DNA of 64,000 nt from Octopus sinensis. Its lineage: Eukaryota. How positions within the stretch are numbered: the first letter of the stretch is position 1; the number at the start of each line of letters is the position of its first letter. Of the stretch, positions 1 to 12,666 are shown piece by piece. The stretch is from positions 14,260,001 to 14,324,000 of the forward strand of contig NC_043023.1 of assembly GCF_006345805.1 (NCBI RefSeq). The letters run 5' to 3'. The position numbers were made by a program, and so were the translations under genes. The notes under the pieces were generated by a model. That model was not told the DNA's origin. It saw only the letters and a list, made by a program, of their open reading frames with translations, and did not search any database.

Positions 1-100
1 ATTTTATTTACCGCCGACAAAAACTGCGCTTGGATTATAATGTAGAAGGAAAGGGAAACAAGCTGGATTGCCTCGTACTTATATGTTAAATCTACGCATA

Positions 101-169
101 CCTGCTGATGAAGACTTCACCTAGCAAATTATTTTATTTGCTAAAGAAAGTCTGAAACCATGGTCCAGG
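101..169 (+). ncRNA. Type-I hammerhead ribozyme motif, canonical core
   Basis: CCTG-CTGATGA-AGACTT...AAGTCT-GAAA-CCATGG-TC-CAGG. Stem I CCTG/CAGG; stem II extended by TAGCAAAT/ATTTGCTA; palindromic stem III ACCATGGT; GUC triplet at 163-165. Confidence 0.8.
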
Positions 170-983
170 AGATAGATAGTAAATATTTTTATTTTTCGTT
201 TTCTTCGAAGTTTATCCCTAATAGTAGTTTGGATTTTAACTGTTCCTTCTAGCATGCAAGGAATCCTATGACAGACACCTCTTATGTGTTTAAATGTAAA
301 CTGTATTTATATATATATAAACTATCTACAAGACATAAAACGTGACAATTTTAACTATTCCTCTGTAGATAGTAAAAGTGATGAACAGCCTTCATAGATT
401 TTCAGTCTTTAGTCTTTATCACACAATCAATCACAGAGAAAGACGCAGCCAATCTGTTTACATACACAACAAACTCAGTAGCTAAACAGAACTGGGGCAA
501 CTAATTTCCATAAAATATATATTTGACACTTCAATTAATATCTGTGGCATGTTAACCAAGATTCCAGTCAATACAGTGATCAAGGCATGATATATATATA
601 ACCTGGCAATAAAAATATATATGTATATATTTATACATAATACATATTATAAATGTGAATGTAATATGTGACAATTATTCGTTTTTATCAATATATATAT
701 ATATATATATATAGGTATGAACTCTCGGAGTGGTTGGCATTAGGAAGGGCATCCAGCCATAGAAAACCATTCCAAATCAGACTGGAGCCTGGTGCAGCCT
801 TCCAGCATGGATATATTACATATATCATCATATCATTTAACATCCGTTGTCCATGCGAGCATGGGTTGGACGGTTTGACCAGGCTGGCATGGTGGAAGGC
901 TGCACCAGACTCCAGTCTGATTTGGCATGGTTTTCTATAGCTGGATGCCCTTCCTAATGCCAACCACTCCAAGAGTTCATACC

Positions 984-1043
<60 letters not shown>

Positions 1044-1053
1044 TATATGCATG

Positions 1054-1108
<55 letters not shown>

Positions 1109-1540
1109 GCATATGTGTGTGTATATATATATATATATATGCATGTATATATATATTATACTTATATCGTGGTACTCCATTGGTTATGATGAGGGTTCCA
1201 GTTGATCCGATCAATGGAACAGCCTGCTCGTGAAATTAATGTACAAGTGGCTGAGTACTCCACAGACACGTGTACCCTTAATGTAGTTCTCGGGGAGATT
1301 CAGCATGACACAGAGTACGACAAGGCTGGCCCCTTTGAAATACAGATACAACAGAAAGAGTGAGAGAAAGTCGTAGTGAAAGAATACAGCAGGGGTCAGG
1401 TCACCATCGCCCCCTGCTGGAGTCTGATGGAGCTTTAAGCGTCTTCACTGAATAAACACAACGCCCAGTCTGGGAATTGAAACCGCAATCGTACAATTGC
1501 AAGTCCACTGCCCTTGCTACTGGATCATTGCGCCTCCACT

Positions 1541-2051
1541 TATATATACACATACGTGTATATACATACATATACACACACATATATACATACATATACA
1601 CACACATATATATATATACATATATACATACATATACACATACATATACACATATATACATACACATATATACATACATATACACATATATACATACACA
1701 TATATACATACACATATATACATACATATACATATATACATACATATACACATATAAAAACATACACACATATATATATACATACACATATATACATATA
1801 CATACACATATATACATATATATATACATACACATATATATACATACACATATATATATATACATACATACATATATATACATACATACATATATATACA
1901 TACATACATACATATACATACATACATACATATATATACATACATACATATATATACATACATACATATATATACATACATACATATATATACATACATA
2001 CATATATATACATACATACATATATATACATACATACATACATATATATAC

Positions 2052-2104
<53 letters not shown>

Positions 2105-2117
2105 CATATACATATAC

Positions 2118-2152
<35 letters not shown>

Positions 2153-2460
2153 CATATATATATACACATATACACATACATATATACATATATATATACA
2201 CATATACACATACATATATACATATATATATACACATATACACATACACATATACATATATATATACACATATACATATATATATATACACATATACATA
2301 TATATATATACACATATACATATATATATATACACATATACATATATATATACACATATACATATATATATACACATATACATATATATATACACATACA
2401 TATATACATACATATATACATATATATATGTATGTATATACGTGTGTGTGTGTGTGTATG
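1541..2460. repeat. Compound (TA)/(CA)/(TACA) microsatellite
   Basis: Directly visible; source of the long Y/I/H/T pseudo-ORFs. Confidence 0.98.
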
Positions 2461-3242
2461 ATTTCTATATAGCATACAAAAATATAAATATACACACATT
2501 TTATGCATATAACACAAGTGTACAAAACTGTATGAGCTGAGCATGTGTGCATGGTGTGTGCGCGTGTTCTGATGTATATGTAGGATGAGGCAGGAATAGG
2601 GGACGGGAGCAAACAAAAAACAAAAAAAAAAAAAAAACTGAAACCAAGCCAATGACACCCAAGTAGGATCCAAAGTTCCTCCTGGGACTGTTTCTGCAAC
2701 ATCCATGATACTTAGGATGCTGGTTGCCGGAGTGCTGTCGCCATGCTGGATTCTTGCTGTTGTCCACTTGAAAAAAAGAAACAGGTGAATTCCTCCATCT
2801 ACGTAAGAAACAGCCAGTTCTTACCAGCTTATACTTTCCACTATTATTACTATTGATATTATTACTATTATTATTATTATTATCTATGATGAGGATATGT
2901 GGTGTTCGTTTTCTCATTTCCAGTTTGTGTGTTTCTCTAATAAATCTCCGCACCTGGATGTGGCTCAGCTTCTGTCCAGGGTTCTGCCAGGATGCAGGCA
3001 TAAGAAAGGAAGAATGGAAGAGAGATGGATGGATGGATGGGATGAGAGATAGAAACACTGGCGGAGATGAAGCAACACTACCACACTGGAATGCATACAT
3101 ACACACACACACACACACATACAAGTATATACACAAACATCTACACACATTTGCATACAAACACATACATTCACACGAGTGTGTATATGTATACATGTCT
3201 ACACACATACACACACACATATATATACATATATATACACAA

Positions 3243-3273
<31 letters not shown>

Positions 3274-3439
3274 CATATATACACAAGTGTGTGTATATAT
3301 ATATATATATATATACACACACATACTCAGTTATACAAGCGTGTCTGTACATACACACAGGCATGCAAATAATTATGCGTATATGTATACATGTCTACAC
3401 ACATACACACACATGTATATACACAAGTGTATATGTATG

Positions 3440-3484
<45 letters not shown>

Positions 3485-3556
3485 ACACACAGGCATGCAA
3501 ATAATTATGTGTATATGTATACATGTCTACACACATATATATACATATATACACAA

Positions 3557-3610
<54 letters not shown>

Positions 3611-3611
<1 letters not shown>

Positions 3612-3860
3612 CAATTGCAGCGTGGAAGGTGTTTGTAAGCCATTTAAGAAACACACAAAAGCCGTTCGATTCATTTCAACATTTAAGTTTAATTTGTCAA
3701 AATATTTTCGTCGCTAAAATCCGCGACCTGTTCACTGACAAAAATCCGTGCTGCATCAATTTTAGCGACGAAAATAAATTAAACTGAAATGTTGAAGCGA
3801 GTCGAACGGCTTTTGTGTGTTTCTTAAATGGCTTACAAACACCTTCCACGCTGCAATTGT
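3611..3860. mobile_element. Foldback element carrying a hammerhead-like motif (probably Penelope-derived)
   Basis: acaattgcagcgtggaaggtg... / ...caccttccacgctgcaattgt, arms about 100 bp. Confidence 0.7.
3693..3742 (-). ncRNA. Type-I hammerhead-like motif, G3-C8 core variant
   Basis: TTTGTCA-GTGAACA-G-GTCGC-ggatttta-GCGAC-GAAA-ATAT-TT-TGACAAA: 7-bp stem I, 5-bp stem II, palindromic stem III. Confidence 0.55.
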
Positions 3861-3916
3861 TTTCGATTCAGCACACGGTCTCAGATCAAATTACTTGCTA
3901 TGCGAGTACATCTCCG

Positions 3917-3951
<35 letters not shown>

Positions 3952-4346
3952 AACACACAGTTATACAAGCGTGTCTGTACATACACACACAGGCATGCAA
4001 ATAATTACGTGTATATGTATACATGACTACACACATACACATATACACAAGTGTATGTATATATACACACACACAGACATACAAGCATGTCTGTACATAC
4101 ACACACAGGCATGCAAATAATTATGTCTCCATAACATACATGTGCAATGCAAATATATCTAAGCACAAACACACACAGATTTTCACAACCATGGATGATC
4201 CTAAAAATGAATGTAAAAGACCGTTTACAGATGGACAGGTGTGCTGTGGGTCAGGTAAATAGCATCCCAGCTGAACCACCCACATGACAGAAATCCCTAA
4301 TCATGCTATGGGATGGGAGCTCGATGACCTAGCCTAGTGGTTAGGG

Positions 4347-4899
4347 AAGCGTTTCTCAACCGGGGTTCTGCGAAAGAGTAAGATAAGCTAATACTAATTT
4401 CACGATCATAATATTACTATATATGCACAACATATTAATTGTAATATTGACATTGTCCTATCTAACCTATTATGTTATCAAAAAATATAACAACTATGTG
4501 TGTGTGTGTATGTATATATATATATATATACATATATAGGGTGGCGAATACTCGTTATAAATATCACCACCAGTGGCCTAGCATGTATAAAAAGTCAATA
4601 GACAACATATTCGTATTTCAAAATAGAAAATTACCCTTTAACGGGTAATTTTTCATGTGCTTCGAAATTTGCCATAAAATTGTGGTTTTTGGCTGCTATT
4701 TCTAGCATGTAAAAATTACCTGTTAAAGGGTAATTTTTTATTTTGAAATACGTATATATATATATATATATATATATATGGTCACGTGAAGTACGATGAA
4801 AAAAATATAGTATATCATTTTTTTTTTTTTGTGCAGGGGTTCCTTGAGGCATAATTTATTTTAAGAGTTATGCAAGGGTAAAAAGGTTGAGAAACACTG
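4347..4899. mobile_element. hAT-type MITE inserted in a SINE head
   Basis: TIRs aagcgtttctcaacc / ggttgagaaacactg with 8-bp TSD GGTTAGGG (4339-4346 and 4900-4907). The flanks rejoin into a tRNA-like SINE head. Confidence 0.8.
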
Positions 4900-7719
4900 G
4901 GTTAGGGTGTTACACTCATAAGTATAAGATAAGGGTTTCAATTTCCAGGTCAGGCAGTGCATTGAATTCTTGAGCAAGATACTTCATTTCATGCTGCTCC
5001 ACTTCACTTGGTCATAAATCAGTCCCCAGGAATAGCTGGAAAGTTAACCCTACAGACTGGCATTCAGTTCAAGGTCCAGTCCTTACTGCTGGGTGGTGGT
5101 TTGTGGGTCTCAATCACCCTGAGACCTATGCCGTTGGAGTGCATGCTCTGGCTAGGGCCTCCCATGCTGGATAGGTCAATGGACAGAGGCCAAAAAAAGG
5201 GCTTTGCATAGGACCAACGCCCATGCCTAGATATGAAAAAAGCTACATTACAGAAGCATTGATGATAATTCAAAACCAACACAATCTGGGATAAGAAGGC
5301 TTTTCTCCATTGGAACAGCCCCATGGGAACCCAAAATTGAGAATGGTGGTGAAAAGTCATCAATGGTCTATATGCTGTAAGAGGTAAAGGGCTTATCCCT
5401 TTAGTATTCAGATTACACTGTCAAATGTAAAGCTTATATTGTTTTATATTTAACCATGTAATATCCTGTAGCTTTGAGGTTCCAATAAGGAGAAGGTTTA
5501 ACTTTTGGAATAACATTGTGGGGTAGGTGTGAGAAGCCACATCTGGTTAGTTTTAACATAAAACAAGTAGAATAATTAGGCTGGATATGGACAGTTTAAA
5601 TGCGAAAGGGTCAAATCATTAGCATTTTACTGGCCACATCTGACCTCTCACACCTACCCTACTATGTTGTTCTAAAATTGAGCATTCACATCATCGAAAT
5701 TTCAAAGCTACAAGTTTCATCATCATCATTGTTTAGCGTCCTCTTTCCATGCTAGCATGGGTCGGACGGTTCAACTGGGGTCTGGGAAGCCAGCACCAGG
5801 CCCAGTCTGATCTGACAATGTTTCTACGGCTGGATGTCCTTCCTAACGCCAACCACTCCGCGAGTGTAGTGGGTGCTTTTTACATGCCACCAGCACAGGT
5901 GCCAGACAAGGTTGGCAAACGGCCACGATCAGATGGTGCTTTTTACGTGCCACCGGCATGGAGGCCAGTCGGGGCGGCGCTGGCAATGGCAATGTTTGGA
6001 TGGTTCTCTTACGTGCCACCGGCACTGGTATCACAGCTACAATTTCCATTGATGTTGATCGATTTCAATTTTGAGTTTAATTCAAAACTATGTGAATAAA
6101 TAAGCATAATATTTGACAGAGTAATCTGGATGCTGAAGGGTTAAATTGGCCATATCTGGCCTCTCCCACTTACCCCAGGATGTCATTCTAAAAATTAAAA
6201 ATTACGTCATCAAAATCTTGATGCTACAAGATAATGCATGGTTAATTCAAAATAGTATAAATAAATAGGTATTACATTTGACAGGGCAATCTGAATGCTA
6301 AAAGGTTTAACTGACTATATATTGACCCAAATATTCAACCTGATTAGATCTGTTATTTCACACCTACAATGTTCTAAAAATAAGCAATTACATCATTGAA
6401 GATAATGCGTAATTAATTCAAAACAATGTGAATAAATAAGCCATACATTTGACAGAGTAATCTCAATGTTAAAATGTTCTGCTTGTTTTAGGTTGAACTT
6501 GGCCAGATCCAGCCTCTCCCACTAATCCTACAATGTCGTTCCAAAAATAAACAATTACATGGTCGAAATCTTGTGGCTACGATATAGTGTATGCTTAATT
6601 CAAAACAATGTGAATAATAAACAAGCATAACAGTTGAGAGTAACCCGAATGTTAAAAGGGTTAAATCAACCCCTACTCCCTCCAACTATTAAGAGACTCC
6701 CACCTTCGGTCAAGACTGACCACGGGATTGCACGTAGAAAGTTACCCTCCCAGGCACAAGACCGGGTAAGGTTGTTTATAGAGGACCAGCAGTCACTCAT
6801 GCATACCGCCTCCGCGCCACCAGTGTTATCCAAGGGAAAGGCAAAGGTCCCGATACAGCTTGGCACCTGTGATGTCGCAACTCATTTCTACAGCTGAGTG
6901 AACAGGAGCAACGTGAAATAAAGTGTCTTGCTCAAGAACACAACACGCAGCCTGGTCCGGGATTTGAACTCACCACCTCATGATCATAAGCTCGATGCTC
7001 TAACCACTGAGCCATGCGCCTTCACATGCTACTGCCCTGCTATCCACTTACTAACCCCACAAGGAAGAAGAGTAAACCTGATCATGTTGGGGTTTGAACA
7101 GCTAAGAACTAATTATACGGAATATAATATTAACAGCAAGAATGTTGTCATGGAGAGGACATGGTTAAGTAAACTAACCCCAGCACCAAACGGACTTATT
7201 TCATCAACCACTTCCCCACCCTGGGAGAAGGAAAGGAAATGTTGACCTCAGTGGTATTTGAACATGGATATATAATTGTTTTTATTGGTCACCCACCACC
7301 ACCCCTTTTGTTTTAGTAAAAATTGGGGAGGCTGGAGCTAACTAGAATTGCCTCCAGCACAAACAGAAACTTCTTTTTATCATCTTCTTATTCATGCTGG
7401 AGGAATGAAAGGCTAAGTTGACCTCGGTGGGAATAGAACAGAGGTATATGATTGCTTTCATTGGTACTGGTCAGCCATTTTTGAGAGAAATGAGGTTAGG
7501 GTTAACTAAAATTGACCCCAACACCAAACAGGCACTTATTTTTATCAACTACCTGCCCACACTCGAAGAACGAAGGGCAAAGATGGCCTCAGTAAGAATA
7601 GAACATAGATATAAGATTGCTTTGATTGGTACTGGTCACTGGTTTTTGAGCAAAACGAGGAGGTTAGAGCTAGCTAAAATTGACCACAACACCAAACAGG
7701 CTTATTTTATCAACCCTCT

Positions 7720-7937
7720 TGTTTCTTTATGCCCACGAGGGGACAAACAAGGACAGACAAAGGGATTGAGTCGATTAGATCGGTCCCAGTGCGTCACTGG
7801 TACTTAATTTATCGACCCCGAAAGGATGAAAGTCAAAATCGACCTCAGCGGAATTTGAACTCAGAACGTAACAGCAGACGAAATACCGCTAAGCATTTCG
7901 CCCGGCGTACTAACGATTCTGCCAGCTCGCCACCTTT
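7720..7937 (-). mobile_element. tRNA-derived SINE with Nin/Deu-like domain (representative)
   Basis: Head ggcgagctggcagaatcgttag, B box gagttcaaattc, then tttcatcctttcggggtcgataaattaagtacc. Many copies at 9.2-11.6 kb, 36.7-36.85 kb and 59.7-63.7 kb. Confidence 0.82.
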
Positions 7938-10900
7938 TATCAACCCTCTACCCACCTGGAAGAATGAAAAGTGAAGTTAATCTCGGTGGGATATAAGCAA
8001 AGATATGCGATTATTTTCATTGGTACTGACTACCCCTTTTTAGAGCTAATTAAAACTGAACCCAGCAACAAAGTGGGACTTCTAGGATTCTATTTTACCA
8101 AGCATTTCCCTATTGGAAGAATGAAATGGAAAACCAACTTCAGTAGGATCTGAACAGGTAAGAACTAGAATCTTTAACATTGATAACAGGGCCACCTGTT
8201 TTCAAGTGAAGGGGGACAAGTTGACCCCTCTGGGGAGGGGATAGGCAAACCAGCCCTAGCATCAAGCATGGACTTATTGCTAACACTTCCTGGAAGAATA
8301 ACTGGCAAAGCTGACCTTAGGATTTGAACACTAAACCTACCCATTTTTTGATGGAAGGGAGAAGGATGTTAAATCTATCCTGATGCTTAACGGGGCCTTT
8401 TATTTTATAGACCACCTACACCTAGGAAGAATAGGAGGTGAAGTTGACCTCGACGGGCTTTCAACATGTGAGAATTACAATCCTGAATTCTAGCATTGGT
8501 ACAACAAAGCCACTCAGTTTCGGATGAAATTGGGGAAAGATCTAGTTGATTAAATCAGCCCTAGGTTTTGTATTTATATACCACTTCTCCCTTGGAAGAA
8601 TGGAAGGTAAAGCTGACCCCCGACGGGAGATGAACAAGGATATATGTATATATGTATGATATTACAAAAGCTTTATGGTTAATATCAGGAGATACATCTT
8701 GAAACAATAGACTCAAGTAAAAATGCAACATTTTATTTAATATAATGAAAACTTTCATTATACAACCAACAACAAAAAAATATGAAATAAAAATATACAA
8801 AAGATTTAAAGATTTTTTTTCAAATTGTGTTTTGATGTTGATATTTTTTGTTAATATTTTTTTTATAGTTTCGTAAAAAAATTTTTTAAATTTAAAAAAA
8901 ATACAATTTTGGTGTCATTATAACAAAAGACATACAAAACATATAAATATATAAAATAGTAAATCATTACATTTTTTTTTTGCTATTAAAAAAAATAGAA
9001 ATTTTGCTTAAATTTTTTTTTTTTTTTACAAATATATTTCCGTAAAATATTTTAGTGTAAAAAAAAAAATAAATAAAAAAATACATTGTAATTTCAGAGG
9101 TATCAAAAGACCTCCGATTCAATTGAGAAATTCAGGTACTTATATTTATAAAACCCTATAAATAATGGTTTTGAAATTGGGAACAGGACCAGTAATTTTT
9201 GAGGGGACAGGAAAGTCAATTACATCTCCCCATTACCTATTTTATCAATGCTGAAAGGATGACAGGCAAAGTCAACCTCGGCAGAATTTGAACTCAGAAT
9301 GTAAGGACAACGAAATGCCGCTAAACATTTTGTCCACTGTGCTAAGTCTACCAGCTCGCCACATTAAATCCCACAAATTTTGGTAAAGGTTAGCAATTAA
9401 GGGAGGAAGCACATTGATTATATCGACCCCCAATGCTCAGCTGGTATTTATTTTATCAACTCTGAAAGAATGAAAAGCAAAGTCGACATCGTCAGAATTT
9501 GAACTCTGAATGTAAAGACCAACACAATATTAAGCATTTTGTCTGGTGAGCTAACAATTCTGCCAGCTCACTGCCTTAAACCTTATAAATAAGATATATC
9601 TGACCCCAGACCATAAAAAAAATGGGGATGTAATACAGTAATAATTTTGTCCCCATCACCCTTATAAATTCTGCCAATCCTTGAGCCTATGAAATGTTTA
9701 ACCATTCTGAAACCAACCCAACCAAAACTGCCTTTGGTTCAACAATACACCTTTCCAGCCTATTATGCTATCAAAGGGGTTAAAGTGAACTAAATTAAAA
9801 TCTGCTCCCAAAGGTCCCGGTCACTAGTCATTGCCTCGGTGATGCCCAATGTTCGAAGGTTGTGCTTCACCACCTCAAATCCTTTCTACTATAGGCACAA
9901 GGCCTGAAATTTGGTGGGGGATGGAGTCAATCACATCGACCCCAGTACTTGACTGGTACTTAATTTATCAACCCCAAAAGGATGAAAAGCAAAGTCAACC
10001 CCATGTTGAAGTTATTTTACTAAATTATTTTAGAAATTAATTTGAACAAAGGCAGTGCATTTCAAAAGAAATGTAGTAACAAAAAGGTTAATATGTTGTT
10101 TTGATTAAACATTCCATGCCGAGCGCAAAGTTAATTTCTTTTAAATTTCTGGTGCAGCATGAAATAAAAAATAGAAATTTGAGACATACTGACCAAAGAC
10201 ATTGTCCAATTTGTCCTTCCTTTTTCTAAGACAGTGAGGCACATTTTAAAGATCTAGCTCCTGCTTCCAGCAGGTGGAGCAACCATAGAAGCTCTCTTGC
10301 TAGCACATACAAGTTATGTTACCTGGTTCTCACTTGTTTTAAAATAATACCAGCAATGGCCACACATTTTAAGGGAAGAAAATAATTAGATCAACGCCTT
10401 AAGAATCAGTGGAGGCACATGGCCTAGTGGTTACATCGTCACACCCCAATCACAAGATTTATGGTTTCAATTGCCAATGTGTTGCATTCTTGAGAAAAAC
10501 CCATTTCACATTGCTCCTGTCCACTTAGCAGTAAAGAAGTCCCATTCAAGGAAAATATGATGGTCTGATTATTTATGTCACAGATACTGAGTAATCGACC
10601 CTACAAGCCCCTAAAACACAACCCAGTAATGTCCAGGGTATTTTTTTCCTTTTTTTTTTTACCTAAATATAAAAGGACAAAATTCTCTAAGGTTTTCACT
10701 ACATTCTCAACCAATTCTGTTGATTCAGTACCCTTTTAATAATTCTTTATGCTACAGGCACAAGGCCTGAAATTCAGGGAAGAAGGGTACTTAATTTCAT
10801 CAACCCCAGTGCTTAACTATTATTCTATGGGCCCCTAAAGGATAAAAGACAAAGTCAGCCTTGGAAGAATTTGAACCCAAAACCATAAGACATGCCTCAA

Positions 10901-12445
10901 AGCATTTTGTCTGGTATGCTAATGATTCTACTAGCTCATCACCTTAATTATAATAATCCTTCTACTCTATTTTTCCAGTCATTGAATTTGATTTCACTTG
11001 CCTCAACAGGTCTTCACAAGCAGAGTTTAGTGTCCAATGAAGGAAAGGTATGCATAAGTGGGCTGGTTACACCCCTGGCATAGGCCATGGGTTAAGGTTT
11101 CACTTGGCTTGCCTGGTCTTCTCAAGCACAGCATATTTCCAAAGGTCCCAGTTACTAGTCATTACTTCTATGAGACCTAATGTTCAAAGGTCGTGCTTCA
11201 CCACCGCAAATCCTTTCTACTATAGGCACAAGGCCTGAAATTTGATGGGGGATGGAGTCAATCACATCGACCCCAATACTTGACTGGTACTTAATTTAAT
11301 CAACCCCAAAAGGATGAAAAGCAAAGTTAACCCCAATGGAATTTGCGCTCAGGACATGAAGACTAACGAAAAGCTAAGCATTTTGCCTAATCTGCTAAGG
11401 ATTCTGCCAGCACACTGCCTTAATAATAATAATAATAATCCTTTCTTTTCTAGGCCCAAGGCTTGAAATTTAGGGGAAGAGGCTTGTGTCTCTTGTCAAC
11501 CCCAGTCCTCAACTAGTACTTATTTTATCAACTCTGACAGGATGAACTTAGAACATGTCAGAAGAAATGCTCGATTCTGAAAGATTGCCGCTTTCTGAAA
11601 GGACCAGAGCAACATGAAATGAAGTGTTCACTCAAGAACATAATTCACCACTCCATTCAGGAATTGAAACTGCAATCTTGTAATCCGGCATGCACCACCC
11701 AAACCACTAAGCCACACACTTTCACAGTATCTTTAATTTCTTACATAGCAACTAGGCCACTATTTCGAAGGGTTGAGGGGTTAGTCAAATCTCTCAAAAT
11801 TTGATTGGTACTATATTTTATTGATCCCAGGAGGATGTAAGTCAAAAGTGACTTTGGCATGGTTTGAACTGGGAACATAAGCACTACCCCCAAAGTATTT
11901 ATCCACCGTTCTAATGAATCTGCTAATCCACTTTCCTGTGTAATATTAATAAAAATAGTAAAAAAACAAAAAACAAATATTTTAATATTTGCCAGAAATC
12001 TTATCTGGGAAATGGGGGGGGACAGTATAAAATATGTTTTCACAATAACACAAAAATCTGTAATAAACAATAATTTATAGGGGAGAGAAAAAAAAAGAGG
12101 TAGTAATACTTTTGCTACTATAACAATGGGAGAGATTAACTCATTCATGCAAACTCCTCACATTTCACCATTTAGCATTTAAACAGGCCAAACCTGGCTT
12201 AAATATTGTTATGTTCAAACTGGCCAAATTCAGCCTCTCACACCTTCCTGACTATGTTATTAAAGTAAGCTACCACATCAAAATTTCATAGCTACAAGAT
12301 AATGCATGATTAATTCAAAGCAATTTGAATAATTAGGCATTTCATTGAATATTCATTCACAGAATAATCTGAATACTAAAGGGTTAAATACAACCCTATT
12401 TAGATAAATACAGTCAGCAGAAAAAAAAAATTCTTGGTCTATTAA

Positions 12446-12666
12446 CCCTTTTGATACCAACCCGGCTGAAACCAGCTCTGGATCTGAGTATAAATGTCTT
12501 GTTTTCATAAGATCTGAATTAAAATCTTCCACCAAACCTTAGTCACAATTTATGTTCCTAACACTAGCTGAATGATAACTAAGTTATTTTACTAAATTCT
12601 TTGTTATATTTAAAATTAATTGAAAGAAACACAGAGCATCTCAAATTAAATACAGTAACGAAAGGG
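12446..12666. mobile_element. piggyBac-like MITE (representative copy)
   Basis: TTAA|CCCTTT...AAAGGG|TTAA. Related copies at about 13090-13313, 13330-13556, 61236-61462 and 61486-61714. Confidence 0.75.

Noticed and set aside
1401-2706. Long ORFs of 300-470 aa here and at 40398-41168 and 56616-58074
   Set aside because: Stop-free dinucleotide microsatellites that translate to Y/I/H/T/V/C runs in several frames; not genes.
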